The notes: generated from the sequence alone by a model not told the origin. A stretch of DNA of 64,000 nucleotides from Isurus oxyrinchus (GCA_026770705.1 JANJGN010000001.1:208568001-208632000); one strand, 5' to 3'; shown: positions 38,810 through 52,999, counted from the first letter of the stretch. Numbers and translations are program-made.

Positions 38810-39945
38810 GTTGTGAAGAGGTCATAAGGAGTCTGCAAGGGGATATAGGTAGGTTAAGTGAGTGGGCAAAAAATTGACAGATGGAGTATAATGTGGGAAA
38901 ATGTGAACTTTGGCAAGAAGAATAGAAAATCAGCATTTTCTTTGAATAGAGAGAGATTGCAGAATTCTGAGGTGCAGAGTGATCTCAGTGTCCTGCTAAA
39001 TGAATCACAAAAAGTTAGTATGTAAGGTACAGCAAATGATTAGGAGGGTAAATGTAACATTGTTGTTTTTTTGCAAGAGGAATGGAATATAAAAGTAAGT
39101 ATGTTTTGCGACAGTTGTAGAGGGTGGAATAGTTCTCGTGGGGGTGGGGAGAGCATAAAAGATGTAAAAATAAATAAATAAATAAATAATTATAAAAAGA
39201 GAAAAAGGAAAAAAAATAAATTTTATGCTCTCCCCACCCCCACTAGAGCTATACCTTGAGTGCCCTACGATCCATTCTTAATTAGCACATTCGTTTAGAT
39301 AATATCACCAACTTTAACACCTATGTGTTCTTTTGTATTATCGTTGTTGACATCTTTTGATGATCTGTTTTTTGTTTTTTTTTGTTTTTATCTCTGCTTC
39401 TAACACTGCTTGTTTATCCCTACAACCACACCCCCACTCCACCTCTCTCCGCCCCCCACACACACACCTTAAAGCAGCTTATATTTCAACTCTTTCTTGG
39501 ACTCGAACTCAAGTTCTGTCGAAGGGTCATGAGGACTCGAAACATCAACTCTTTTCTCCTCCGCCGATGCTGCCAGACCTGCTGAGTTTTTCCAGGTAAT
39601 TCTGTTTTTGTTTTTGTTTTGGGCAGAAACTGTTCCCACTCATGAAAGGATTGAGAATTAGGGGGCACAATAACCGAAAAAAAAAAGCAAAAGTGATACG
39701 AGGGAAATCTTTTTCATGCAGCAAGCGGTTAAGGTCTAAATGCACTGCTTGAGAATGTGATGAAAGCAGGTTCAGTCAGAGCATTCAAAAGGGAATTAGA
39801 CTGTTATCTAAAAAGGAAGAACGTGTAAGGTTACAGGGAAAAGGCAGGTGAGTGATTCTCAGTGAAATGCTCATTTGGACAGCTAGTGTAGACACAATGG
39901 GACAAATGGCCTCCTTCTGCCCTGCAACGATTCTGTTTTTCTGTG
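38810..39945 (+). mobile_element. CR1 LINE 3' fragment interrupted by a Penelope fragment
   Basis: ggatataggtaggttaagtgagtgggcaaaa... up to about 39120; resumes at 39621 and ends in a gattct tail. Confidence 0.8.
39130..39620 (+). mobile_element. Penelope-like 3' fragment with a short 5' inversion and hammerhead-like motif
   Basis: Homologous to 57770-58125; inverted 31-mer at 39130-39160 versus 39221-39252. Confidence 0.85.
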
Positions 39946-42499
39946 ACATCTGAACAAGGAGTGTTATACTGATTTCTATTTAATTTCATTCACTGGCTAT
40001 TAGCTCACCTCCATTAAAAGGTACTTACATGAAAGCCATAGCCAAATAGTTGCGACACTCAATTGGCTAAAGATACAGCTAAATAGCAATTTCCTCAGTT
40101 AATAGGTTGAACTCAAACAGTTCAAATGTTACTGGCAAATTGAAGAATGTACCTTTACATTAATAAGTCTAACTTCATCTCTCTGATATTGGACAGGTTA
40201 TGGCACTAAATTTTGAACAAATTGCATTTATATAGAGCCTTTAACATAGTAAAACATCCCAAGGCTCTCCACAGAAGCATAATCTGATGAAAATTAACTC
40301 TTAACTAAAGGAAGAATATTAGATGTGATAGCAAAAAGCTTGATAAAAGAAGTGAATTTCAAGGAGGGTTTTAAAGGAGAGCAGCATTAAGGAGGGGTTT
40401 AGGGGCAACTCTAGAGCATAGGAGTCTACATCATAATCCTCGATTCTTTTATTTTCAGAAATGCATGCAATTGTCTTGAAACCCATTACACTGTCCTCTT
40501 CAACAATATTTTGATAACACATTCCCATTCACTAACTATCAAATGAATAAGAGCATTCTGCCTGACTTCCTTAATTTAATTCTTAAGGTTTTGAAAGCTC
40601 CTGCAGTAAACTATTTGCCCATAGCAAATTTGTCAGTCTCAATCTTAAAAGCATTAATTAGATCTCTTTAAAGTCTCTAATTCTCCAAAGAAAACAAGGT
40701 TAGCCTCATCAAGCTTTCCACATAATTAAACATTCCTGACGTTCAGAAAATCTTTGTTGTTCACTTCTAGGCCCTCACTCATGGGCAATAATAGTCTTAT
40801 AAATAGTAGAAATGAGAAGACCATATAATACAGTACAGGTATGTATTTACTTATGTAGCAAAAATAGAAGTCCTTTAAATTTGTACTCTCTCTGCTAATG
40901 CAATCTTGTACCTTTTTTATTGCTGCAACCAAACAATGTGCTAATGATAATGTTATTAAAAATTTATCCACTACGATCATTATTTTTTGGTGATCAGTAT
41001 TACTGTCATTGTTCCTCGCCACCATGTTAATTATTTCACACCCATCCAGAAAAGGGTTTTATCTGCCACCTACTGGCCCATTTACCAAAAGGATCTGCCT
41101 CTTTCTGAATCCAGTTAGATTGTTCTTTATTATTTGCCCAAAATTATTTTGACATAAAGCAAACATGGAGATTTTGCTTACCACACCCTCACCTAAATCA
41201 GTAATACATTAAAAAAGCAAGGATTCCAAACATTTGGGGTGCCCTGCACATGACCTAATTTACATTTATAATTACACTTTTTTTGTAAACAATTTTCAAT
41301 GCAACATTACACTTCCTACTCAATGGCCTTTAACTTTACTCTGACCAAAAGCTTGCAGCAAATCCAAAACCCCAATATTAACTAGAATTCCTAGAGTGTC
41401 TTGGAAAAGCTACTGGATAATTAGATTCAGAGCTGGTTGTCTGTTGCACTCAAAGGCAGCTACACTGGACAAGTACTTCTCCTTTCATCTGCCCCATTCC
41501 CAAAGGAAACATTGCCATAGGAAGTCATGTAGTTCCAATGCAGAGTTTACATGGCTTTGTTGCTTCTGTCTACTGGCTGTGAACAGTGGTGGCTTCCTGA
41601 GTATAAACATATGTGGCTGAGATTTGACCATTAGTCTGATCAAAGTTCAGTCTTTACATTTAAAAAAAAATTTTGAGTGTTGTGCACACTTAACCCATAT
41701 TGCCAGGTTTCTCTTAGCAAATGTTGATGCATTTACTCAATGAAGCTTACAATACTGCAACAATAATGGGATTACTTACATTGAGAGATTTCACTTAACA
41801 AATATTTTATTATGTCTTTTGTAGTTTTAATGCATTACACATCAGTGGAAACTTACTAATAAAGTTAGAAAGTACCAGTTTAAGCCACATCGGTCAGCCA
41901 AGAGTATCAAATGCATTGGCAGTCCTCAAAGTTATGTAGCTGCCTTAATGTATTCCATATTATCACAACCTATATTTTCAAAGGATGAAAAAGTTTGAAT
42001 ACATACTTTATAGAAGCCACAACACGTATTTTACTCAATGCTAGTTTAGAGCTACTAATGTTCAATATGAATACTAAGAATCAAATACTACGTTGTTAAG
42101 TAAAATGCGGTAGGTTTAGACTCATAAGAGCCAAGGCTGATTTTAAAAAAGCGTTTTCTTCATTGGGCATCCTTAGTTAAGTGTCATGATCCATAATGCA
42201 ATAAAAAGTTGGTAGCTAATGCCAAGCTTAGGATTTAAAAATTGTAGAAGAAAATAAATACAGCAGAAGAGTTAAGAAAGTTTGATTATTCTTAGATCTT
42301 GAAAAATATTAGAGAGGGAGGATTGTAAGAGAATAGCAGCTGTGGTGGAGCAAAGGGAGTTAGATGTGGATGTACTAAATCATCAAGAAGTGCACTAGTA
42401 CAAAAAGTAACCCCAAAAAACTGAAGGAATGTTGGCTTTTGTATTCCTGCTCCCTTGAGATAAAGTGGAGAAAGTGGTTCTTCACTTGTGCATAGACAC

Positions 42500-42800
42500 A
42501 TAATTAAGGCTGGGGCTTCACTACAGTATTGCTGCATTGAAGTGCTGTCTTTCAGATGCTTTCAAACCAACGCCGCATCTATCGTCTTAGGTTTAAGAAG
42601 GGGCAGGGGAGTTCTCCCAGTTTCTGGGCCAACATTTATCCCTCCATCAATAGCTAAAACAAATATGATTATTTATTTCGCTGCATTGTTTGTGGAACCT
42701 TGTTGTACAGAAATTGGCTTCCACGTTTCCTTAATTACAACGGTGACAACACACTTCCTAAGTACTTCATTGCCTGTAATGCGTGATAGGACATCCTGAG
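42500..42800 (+). mobile_element. SINE (Deu-domain-like) fragment
   Basis: gggagttctccc...ggccaacatttatccctc...tttgtggaaccttgttgtacagaaattggct, shared with 47690 and 36213. Confidence 0.65.
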
Positions 42801-43431
42801 ATAAGAGGTGTGAAACAAATTGTACATAAAAGGGGCTTTGGAATGACACAAATGTGGACTATACTTCATTTGCTAGAGTTTTTCAAAAATTTCCATCCGA
42901 TTAACATCTTATTCTATTTGACAGTGCCCTGTTCAAGGTAGCTTCTGCCTGTATGTTTAGCTTAATTTTCCACATGTCTCAAATTGTATTACAAAAACTA
43001 TATTGGTCGTATATTAAAAAAAGCTTGCTTAATTTGGAACTAAAAGCAGCATGATGGCAATAACTGGAAATAGCTGGCACTTTCGTCACTAAAATTTGGC
43101 ATTGTGTTTGCTGAGAATTGTTTTGGGAGCAGAAATAGAAAAGTTCAGCAACACAAGAAGGAAATTCAAAGTCTAAAAACCAGGAAAGAAAATATAAAAG
43201 GAGAGACAGGCACACATGCAAAAGTCGTGCACAAGAATATCAAGGAAAAGGCACCAGTGGTTGAAATAAATATGAAATGGGAAAAAAAGCCTATTAAAGA
43301 CCAATCACAATGGAAGTATCAATTCTTTATTTGCATGCAAATAAAGAGTTCATATTCTTTTGCTGGCTGAGGCCTTAAAATTTTAAACATACAGCAGCTT
43401 CATGAAAGAACAACATTAAGCAATGAAAGAA

Positions 43432-43880
43432 AGAATCATGGAACAGTTACTCTATAGAAGGAGGCCATTCAGCTAGTCCCGCTCCCCCACCTTTTCCCCA
43501 TAGCCCTGAAAATGTTCTCTCTTCAGGTAATTACCCAATTCCCTTTTGAAAGCCATGATTGAATCTGCCACAGTCAGTGCATTCCAGATTCTCACCGTTC
43601 AGTGCACAAAAAAGTTTTTCCTCAAGTTGCCTTTGGTTCTTCTGTCATTCACCTTAAGTTGGTGCCCTTTGGTTCTTGACCCTTTCATCAATGGGAACAG
43701 TTCTCCCTATCTATTCTGTCCTCTCATGATTTTGAACACCTTTATCAAATCTCCTCTCAAGCTTCTGTTCTGAGAACAGTCCCAACTGCTCCAATCTATC
43801 CTCATAATTGAAGTCCTCTTGTAAATCCTTTCTGCACCCTCTTCAAAGCTTTCACATCCTTCCTAAGTGTGATGTCCAGA
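43432..43880 (-). mobile_element. CR1 LINE 3' end
   Basis: LRKDVKALKRVQKGFTR plus a CR1 3'UTR. Confidence 0.75.
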
Positions 43881-44084
43881 GACAACCAAACCAATGTGCT
43901 GGAAATGTCAAAAAAGATAGAGCCTTGGGAAATAAAACAGCGAGAATGCAAAAAGATAACTGTGGAATAAAAGACAATGGGAAAGAAGAAAGAAAAAGCC
44001 AAGACTGGAAAGAAAAAGCCAAGACTGAAATAGGAAAATTAATCTCATAATTTTAATCTCTAAATCTTAATTTTATTTGACAAC

Positions 44085-44261
44085 AAAATGTTGTGGATGC
44101 TGGAGATCTGAAATAAAAACGAAAAGTGCTGGAAAAACTCAGCAGGTCCAGCAGCATCTGTGGAGAGAGAAATAGAGTTAACGCTTCAAGGCCAATATGA
44201 TTCTTCTTTGGAACTGAAGATGAGTTCAAAGAAGAGTCATATTGGACTTGAAATGTTAACT
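44085..44261. mobile_element. Older Penelope pLTR fragment with an inverted hammerhead region
   Basis: gagttaacgcttcaaggccaatatgattcttctttggaact is inverted against agttcaaagaagagtcatattggacttgaaatgttaact. Confidence 0.7.
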
Positions 44262-44379
44262 GGGGAATGGGGAAACATTGTAATACTATCCTAAGTTTTT
44301 CTTTCACATGTTTGAACAAATGGCCCTGTGCCTCATGTTGCAATTTAAAGTAAACTTTAAAACTTAACCTTAACACTTT

Positions 44380-45162
44380 AAAAAATACCGTTTACCATTA
44401 TGTACCTTCTAAGATCACTGCTTAGGCACCAAGGGGAATTGAATGGGCACCCTCCTCCCTGCACCACCCCAGAGGTGGGGGAGGGGCAAGTGGGGGTGCA
44501 GGGGGAAGCGGAGGGTGGCATTTGGTCAGGCAAGAGAGTGCGAGGTGGGGACCCCACCTCCTCCCACCAAGTATCTCCAGGGCAGGAATTTGCAAACACG
44601 GCCTTCCTGCCCCGATGTCAATTGAAGCCCTTAAGTGGGCAATTAATGCCCAAAGACCTCATCTGCTGCCACAGGTATTGCACCAAGTGGGGATACCTTG
44701 TGGCCTACTGGGGGAGCCCTCACTCAAAGGCACTGGGTGCCTGATCGAGGGACCCAGCATTAGAAGGCGGGATGTCTGCTGAGCGCCACCCCTCTGCCCC
44801 TTCCTCAGACCCCCTCCACACAACACCCTTCCCACCCTCACTTACCTTTTTCCATGTATCCAACGATGATGCCTTGTGAAGACCCTAATGTATTATTGGT
44901 AGCAGCCACCTCTCTCGGTGTCACTGCCAGTAATGGACAGCTGCCAGCTGCTGACAGCTGTCAGGGGTGGGGGTTTCCACCCTACCAGGTGAAGTCCTGG
45001 AATTAAATGTCCCCCATGGAGCCTGGAGCCCAGACAGCAGTGTTTCCTGCCATTAATTAGGGATTTAATTCCCTCAATGTTCTAGATCACAGAGTCGGCA
45101 TGGGGGCCACAGGTTTTGGTGCCAAACATTAGGCCCTCCATCACACTTATTAAATTCCACCC
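44380..45162. mobile_element. Degenerate Harbinger-type MITE
   Basis: GC-rich island ending aaattccaccc, a TIR-like sequence. Left TIR not found. Confidence 0.4.
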
Positions 45163-45344
45163 CTACTTTCATGATTGAGAAGCCTGTTTCTCCAACATTT
45201 CCTCACAACTCAAATCTCTAACATTAGGCATCTACTCTATGGCTCACGCTATACTGCCTCCAATGCTTAAATGTCTCTTTATACCTTGATGACCAGAATT
45301 GGACACAATACATAACCTGTGGTCTATATTTGATTACTCCTTGT

Positions 45345-46572
45345 TTACATAAGAACTAGGAGCAGGAGTAGGCAATTCAGCCTCTCGAGCTTGCCCCGCC
45401 ATTCATTACGATCATGGATGATGTTATTTCAACCTCCAATTTCCCGCCTTCTCCCCATAATCTTTCAACCCATTACTAATTAAAAATCTGTCTATCTCCT
45501 CCTTAAATTTATTCAGCATCCCATCATCACTGCACTCTGAGGTAGTGAATTCCAGAGATTCATGAGACTTTGAAAAAAGTAATTCCTCCTCATCTCTGAT
45601 TTAAATCTACCACCCCTTAAGCTCATTTTAGAATGCCCCACAAGGGGAAACATCTGCTCCACGTCTACTTTGTCTATACCCTTTAGCATCTTATATACCT
45701 CAATTAGATCTCCTCTCATCCTTCTAAACTCTAGTGAGTATAGGCCTAAACTGCTCAATCACTCCTCAGAAGACAAGCCCCACATCTCTGGAATCAATCT
45801 AGTGAATCTCCTCTGAACCACCTCCAATGCAACTACATCCTTCCTCAAGTAAGGGGACGAAAACTGTGCACAGTACTCCAGGTGCAGTCTCACCAATGCC
45901 TTGTACAGTTGCAACAACACTTCCCAATTTTAAACTCTATTCCTTTAGCAATAAATGTCAAAATTCCATTTTCCTTATTACCTGCTGTACCTGCATACTA
46001 GCTTTCAGCAATTCATGCACGAGGACACCCAGATCCCTCTGCATTGAAGCATTCTGAACTTTCTCTCCATTTAAATAATAAGTTGCCTTTTTATTAACCA
46101 AAATGGATAACCTCACACTTATCCACATTAAACTCTATCTGCCAAATTTTGGCCCATTCACCCAACCTGTCCATATTCATTTGTAAATTTCTTATTTCTT
46201 CATTGCAACTTACTTTCCCACCTATTTTGGCATCATCTGCAAATTTAGCTATCCCTGAATCTAAGTCATTAATATAGATTGTAAATAGTTGGGGCCCAAG
46301 GACTGAACCCTGTGACACCTCACTAGTTACAGCTTGCCATCCAGAAAAAGATCCATTTATCCTCTGTGCTTTCTGTTCATTAGCCAATCCTCTATCCAAG
46401 CTAACATATTACCCCTAACTCCGTGCAATCTTATCTTGTGTAATAATCTTTTGTGCAGCACCTTATCAAAGGCCTTCTGGAAGACCAGATGTACTACATC
46501 TATAGGCCCCCCATTATCCACTTTGCTTGTCACCTCTTCAAAGAACTCTAGTAAATTAACCAAACACGATCT
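45345..46572 (-). mobile_element. CR1 LINE 3' 1.2 kb (reverse transcriptase)
   Basis: NLLEFFEEVTSKVD...FQKAFDKV; VSQGSVLGPQLFTIYINDL..KFADDAKIGG; LGLYSLEFRRMRGDLIEVYK. Confidence 0.93.
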
Positions 46573-47307
46573 TTAGCTAAGTCATGTATTATGAACACAA
46601 GGTTTTATAACATTGTTATGTTTTAAACTGTCTCATTTTATTGAAGATAAAATGGGATAGCAGAGAGGGGCTCGTGAGCTATTAGTTCTGCCCAGTGATT
46701 AGCCCATGTGATTTGGTTGCCATGGGAACAGACCTTACTGAAAGCAAGGTGTCAATTTTTAACACCTGGAGACAAAGGAAAAGGCAGCTGGCCTTAATGC
46801 TGCCAAACATCTGACTCAACAGACAGGGAAACAGCAGCTAATATGAACAACAGAGGGAAAAAAGGATGCTCTCTGTTAGCCACCAAGCAAGATGCTGGTA
46901 GGAGCTCATTCTCTGGTCAAACAGATAGGACCAATGGAGATTTAAGGATACTGGAAGATTCGCCCTGGCGTGGCTGGGCAAAGGAGTCACTGGAGTGGGC
47001 CTTACTGCAGGAAGACAGTCTGGGAATTCTCAGAAGACCAACACTGGACATTTTGACTCAGCTCCAAAAGCTATATTTGTATAAAGAATTCATAAAATGT
47101 CATGCATGGAGACGTCATACAAAAATAAATCCACTGAAACCATGGAGGTAAAGCCAATTGAAGACAAGTTATTTTGATCAAATTATCTTTTTAAAATAGA
47201 GTTTGCCAGTTTTAAAGGGAACATTTACAGCTTCAAGTTTACAAACATTCTCCAAAAGACAGTAGGTGCCCAAAAGACGTAGAAATTATAGCTAATGGTC
47301 AAACAGT

Positions 47308-47412
47308 GGGGAGAAGAGTCATACGAACTTGAAACATTAACTCTGTCTTTCTCTCCACAGATACTGTCAGACCTGCTAAGTTTTTCCAGCAATTTTTGTT
47401 CTTGCTTCTGGA
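47308..47412 (+). mobile_element. Penelope pLTR 3' fragment
   Basis: gaagagtcatacgaacttgaaacattaactctg...gacctgctaagtttttccagc. Confidence 0.7.
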
Positions 47413-47692
47413 TTCAAGTTCTGTTCCAGATCTGCTCAATGTGCACCTCATCCCCTTTGAGGATGTTCCTTTAATAAGCAGAACTACATTCATGTAATTA
47501 TCTTCCTTCAGCAACTGAAGATAAGTCAGCAAGGTTAACCAAGATTTGGTTCAATAACAACATGCATAAATAACCTTTGAAATTCAATATACATAAAATA
47601 TTATAAAAAAATAATTTCACATCATTAAAATAGTGTATAGTGGAACCAGAGGCTCTGAAATTTCAGTAAGCCATATTGACTGCCACAATTAA

Positions 47693-48135
47693 GGTGTCAG
47701 CCTTTGTTCAGTGGTAACACACCCATTTCTGGGTTAGAAACTCACGAGTTTGTGCTCCACTTTGGGGAACGTGAATGCATGATCTAGGCTGACAATTTAG
47801 TACCACACTGAGGGAGTGCTGCATTGTTGAAGATGACAGCTTTTGGGTAAGATGGTAAACCAAGGCCCCATCTGGCAACTCAGGCAGAAACAAAGGATTC
47901 CATGGCACTTAATGAAGAATAGTGGGAGAGTTCTCCCTGATGTCCTGGCTATTAATTATCCCCATCATCCCCAGCAACATCACGAAAACAAGTCATCTTG
48001 TTGCTGTGGGACCTTACTGTAAGCACATTGGTTGTCACATTTCCTGACATTACAGGAAAAATGACATGACATGTGTGCCTCTTTGGCTGGAAAGCACTTT
48101 GGGTGCTGGGGTTGTGAATAAATAAATACAAGTTC
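47693..48135 (+). mobile_element. Near full-length tRNA-derived Deu-domain-like SINE with an L2-type tail
   Basis: Degenerate A-box-like head (gttcagtggtaacac); core actgagggagtgctgcattg...gagttctccctgatgtcctgg. Confidence 0.65.
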
Positions 48136-51131
48136 TTTTTTGACTGTATCTTACATTATTAAATCTTATTGCTTCAAAATGCATAGTTTTTTAAAAGAAA
48201 CTACAATAAAGAAACAAACTCCCAACACCTAACAATAATCAAAATAACCTCCCAACTGCACTTTTGGAGCAAGCCCTCACACTTAGCCTGCAGCTTTAGT
48301 TCACCATCTTGATGTGAATTTGATGTAAAGAGAATAACTACCTAACTTCCTCAAACTGCAACTACCCATTAATCAGATGCTGATATTGCACCTTAGTTTA
48401 GCATACATCAACTTTGGAGTTACACAGTCCAGTGGTATGAAAATGATTACGGCAATAAGATTCATTTAAAGATTAACCTTGATCACTTAGGCTGCTGGCA
48501 GCACCAAGGAATTCTGTCCTTCTTGGCTAGCTATTTTTTCTGAAATTTGACATGGAGCAGATAAATTGGTCACAACAGAAATGCTTCTGAAATGTCCGAA
48601 GTAGATTCGTTGCTATTCTAATGCAAAATTATCAATAGACTTAAGTAGTTTAAAATAAATGCCACACTTTTGTTCAACCCATCACCCTGAATATTCTCTG
48701 TACTCCTTAGTCTTTTTATTGCATTCGCTTCATTTCTGTAGCTTCTATTTTGTTTGATTTTATGTTATTTTAATTTGAAGTCTAAACTTGTTAGTTATCA
48801 TGTGCCTTCTGCAACCATTCACCCACTTGAACAGAAACAAAAAATCTAAATTCAGTTTTGGATTAGTTGTTACAATGAATTTTCAGCCATTTTCCTGTCA
48901 TGAGTCAAAACAGGTCTAAATTTTCATGTCTAATTGTTTACCTCCAGGAACAACAACATGTATTTATATAGCACCTTTAACATAGTAAACTGTCCTTCAC
49001 AGGATTGAGAGTGTTGCCAAATAAAATTTAACACAATTTGATACCAAGCCACTTAAGGAAATATTAGGGTGGAGAAACAAACATTTGGTCAAAGAGCTAA
49101 GTTCTGAGGGTTGTTTTAAAGGAGGAAAGAGGGGAAGAGAGGCAAAGAGGTTTAGGGGGTGAATTCCAGAGCATAGTATCTCAGCAGCAAGGCCACCAAT
49201 GGTGAAATGATTAAAACTGGATTCAAACATGGGGTCCTCCTTTAACCTCTCCCTCCTTACCAGAAATTTAGTTTCATAGTGTGTTTCTTAAAGTTTTACA
49301 TTTCTGAAAATGTATATTTTCAGTATACAAATGGGTTAAATATTTCAATAAAGGCAACACAGCAATAGATGGGAGTAAACAAAGGAATGGCATATTCAAT
49401 GAAAATATAATAACAAAAATATTGAAGGGATTTTTTTATAACATAACTAAATGAGTGAAGAAAATGTGAGAAGCAAAACAGGAAAGGTCTCCCAGCCCAA
49501 AAACTTGCTCCTTCTATGATACCAAAGAATCAATTGTAGTTTTTGTTACAAGTCTTGGAAAGTGCATTGTATGGCTACGTAAATTAATAGTCATAACTTA
49601 CAACACATGAAAATGTGCATTCCAATAATCAATGTGATATCACAAGGAAAATAGAAGTACAAGGAATGTACATTAGGCAACCACAATTTACTCAGCTTAA
49701 GTCAAATGTTTGGATAGTAAATCATACTGTACAATGCAAGTATAGGCAGACATTTAGATTACTCAATCATCCATGTGACTTATAAATTTCGTCGTAAACA
49801 TTTCTATAACTAGAATCTAAAAGGGAAAAGTTTAGCATAAAGATAAAAATTTTAAGATCCATAATTTAAGAGCCTAACTTTCAAACCTTTAAAACTTATA
49901 TTTATTAAAGTTAATCCTCTAACCCCCCTCCCCAGCACCCCCCACCCACCCCCAAGTAGAATTCAGGCAGAACACAACAGGTACATTCCATTACACTGCA
50001 CACTGCTTAAAGAAAGTCTGCTCCTGCATAGCTGCAATCAGCTCATCTTATCCACATGAAAACAAAAGGACTGCTGCAGTTGGTTAGTACTTGATAGCTT
50101 GTGAAATTAATTAAAAAATGCAAACATTGAGCGGACTGGGAGTTGAGTAAAGATATAAAATGGGGTGGAAAAGTAAAAGTGGAGAGCTTGCCACTTTCCT
50201 GGCTCCCCCCATTTAGGGAAGGGTTGAGGACAGTCTTCCTGACTGGAGGTCAATCATGGCCCTTAAATGGCCAACCAAGGATCACTTAAGGGCCTCAGCC
50301 TGCCATTCTACCAGCGGTGGAGGGAGTGGCTGAGATCCAAACCACGTGGGCAGACCACCAGCTATACCCTAGCAGGCCTGCCTGAAGCCTGGGGTGGATC
50401 TCTCTTTCTTGGGCACACTTTGCCAAATGGAGGGTACCTGCCAGAAGCAAGGGCCACACCAGCAGGAAGCCTTTATGCTAACTCTGCCCCCACCAGTCGC
50501 CAGGGCCTACCTGACTGCCCTCAGTGAGCCTGCCCCACTTACCAAGGCTCTAAGGCTCAAAGGCTGCTCTTCATAATCAGGCAATCCCACTGCATTTCGG
50601 GCAGTGACTACCGCTCCCAGTGGAGCTGCTGGTACTGAAGAGCAGCTCGTTCTGACAATGACCAGGCAGGTAGGTGCCTGCTTAAGTTTTTAAATTGCAC
50701 CCGGAAAGAACTGCAGTTTTCTGCCAGTGGACTGGCCCACTGCCTCAACTATTAAATTCAGTCTATTGTTTTTATTCTCTATTCTTCTAAAGTGTGCTGT
50801 TGGCCATATTTGCAAATTTGAATTCCAATACTCGGAGGACGGAAGTGCCAAATTTTCGGATGAGCAGTTAAACACAAGCCCATCTGACTCAAAGATAGAG
50901 GTACAAAATCTCATGGCACTATTCTTAAGAACAGCAGGTCATGACCAATATTTATCCCCTAGCCATTATCTAAAATCAGAATCCAGTAAGTCAATTAAAC
51001 AACAAGATAAAAGCAAAATACTGCAGATGCTGGAAATTTGAAAGAAAAACAAAACTTGCTGGAAAAACTCAGAAGATCTGACAGCATCTGTGAAGAGGAA
51101 GACAGAGTTAACGTTTCAAGTCCGTATGCCT

Positions 51132-51161
51132 CTGATGAAGAGTCATACGGCTCGAAACGTT
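51132..51161 (+). ncRNA. Hammerhead core with canonical CUGAUGA (helix I 5' strand lost at the inversion junction)
   Basis: CUGAUGA-A-GAGUC-auac-GGCUC-GAAACGUU. Confidence 0.65.
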
Positions 51162-51340
51162 AACTCTGTCTTCCTCGCCACAGAGATATAAAACAAAAAA
51201 CTGCGGATGCTGGAAATCCAAAACAAAAACAGAATTACCTGGAAAAACTCAGCAGGTCTGGCAGCATCGGCGAGAAGCAAAGAGTTGACATTTCGAGTCC
51301 GCGTGACTCTTCAGCAGAACTAAATAGAAATAGGAAAGGG

Positions 51341-51472
51341 NNNNNNNNNNNNNNNNNNNNNNNNNNNNNNNNNNNNNNNNNNNNNNNNNNNNNNNNNNNN
51401 NNNNNNNNNNNNNNNNNNNNNNNNNNNNNNNNNNNNNNNNNNNNNNNNNNNNNNNNNNNNNNNNNNNNNNNN
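51341..51472. other. Assembly gap (132 N)
   Basis: Run of N at the centre of the inner Penelope palindrome. Confidence 1.
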
Positions 51473-52999
51473 CCCTTTCCTATTTCTACTTAGTTCTGTT
51501 GAAGGGTCATGAGGACTCGAAACATCAACTCTTTTCTTCTCCGCCGATGCTGCCAGACCTGCTGAGTTTTTCCAGGTAATTCTGTTTTTGTTTCCTCGCC
51601 ACAGATGCTGTCAGACCTGCTGAGTTTTACCAGCAATTTTTGTTTTTGTTCCAGTAAGTCAATGTCCAATGAAAGTTCTTTCAGGTGGCTTTGTCTGGCA
51701 GAATTCCTGGTCTTTGTCCTAGGAACTTGGTTGAGACGGTTGAAGATGCAGCAAAGTATTCTCATATTCTGGGCATTAGCTCACTCTGCAGGTGAAATAC
51801 AAGATTCTTTCTGGAGATCTGACTTTGAAAGAGATGGAGGTCAGAGGCAGTCTGCTAGCCTGAAGTCCAGTTTTCTCCTCTGAAGTTAAACTGCAACTGA
51901 AGACAGAATCTAAAAACAATTCAAACAGCTCAAGTCTTGGTCACGTGACATGGTGGTTTCACGCTGATGTACTTTTAGGGCCCTCATTAAAACGCATTGT
52001 ATTTTGAACAGATAACTGTGGACTCATTAGCACAATGTTGGAGATAAGGAATCACAATAACTCTGCCTTTGTCGAGAGCTGGCTCGCGCAGACGTCTTGT
52101 CTGCTAGCCCTTTGCATTGGCTTGGTGAGAATATTCATACAATGCAAGGGAATCACATTCCAGGAGGCTGGTGAGTTAACCTTCGTCCATTTTAAAAAAA
52201 AACAGAACTTAAACAAGGGAAAATGGAAGAAAAACACATTTTCAAAGTTTTTTTTATGCCTTCGTGGCATGACAGAACATAGTTAGTACAGAACTCAAGT
52301 ATTGTTGGAAAAAAATGCTAGAAGCGACATATATTCACACACAGGGCCTTGTCTTTTGCAACAGAAGGAACACGTCCATATATTGCACCTTTTTCAACCA
52401 AACAAAAGCTTAGGGAAGTCACTGACCAGAGTTGACCTACCCAGTTTGAATTTGAACAAAGCTGGGCAGTTAACTGTTCCATGCTGCATTCTCCATTAGC
52501 ATTCAGCATTTGCTGGGCCTAGCTATGTGTAAGTAGGCTGCCAGGTTTCCCACATTATAACAGTGACTATACTTCAAAAAGGTACTCCATTGGCTGTAAG
52601 GTGCTTTTGGAGGTCACAAAGGGTATTATAATGCAAGTCTTTCTGTTTTTGCTTCAACAACCAAAGAACAAACTACTTCAATGATTTAAAATAATAATAT
52701 ACTTTGTTTGAAATTTTGTTATTTGATCTCATACAAAATATCACATGAAAATACAACCTTTATGGACCATTTCAATGTATTGAATCATAGGATCTACCCA
52801 ACTTAACCCCTCAAGGCCCACTGAGCACTGGCAAATCATCCAAAATAAGGCTCTAATTACTTTCCTTAAATACTCCAGGAAAAGTTTACAAAAACGCTAT
52901 TGCTAAGGTTCATCTAAATATTTGCCATTTCCACAAAAAAGAAATTGGGTTTGAAAATTATCTGCAAGGATTAATTTAGCCTTCAAATCAATAGCCTAC

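Larger units (their letters stand above)
50996..51649. mobile_element. Older Penelope hairpin element with a younger Penelope (about 51185-51591) nested inside
   Basis: Outer TSD tccagtaagtcaat (50982-50995, 51650-51663). Inner TSD ttcctcgccacaga (51171-51184, 51592-51605). Confidence 0.88.

Noticed and set aside
46580-47160. Possible solo LTR (likewise about 51664-52500)
   Set aside because: No paired LTR, TG...CA ends, TSD or coding remnant could be established.
50130-50763. Additional Harbinger-type MITE
   Set aside because: A GC-rich island with faint motif similarity, but TIRs and TSD could not be identified.
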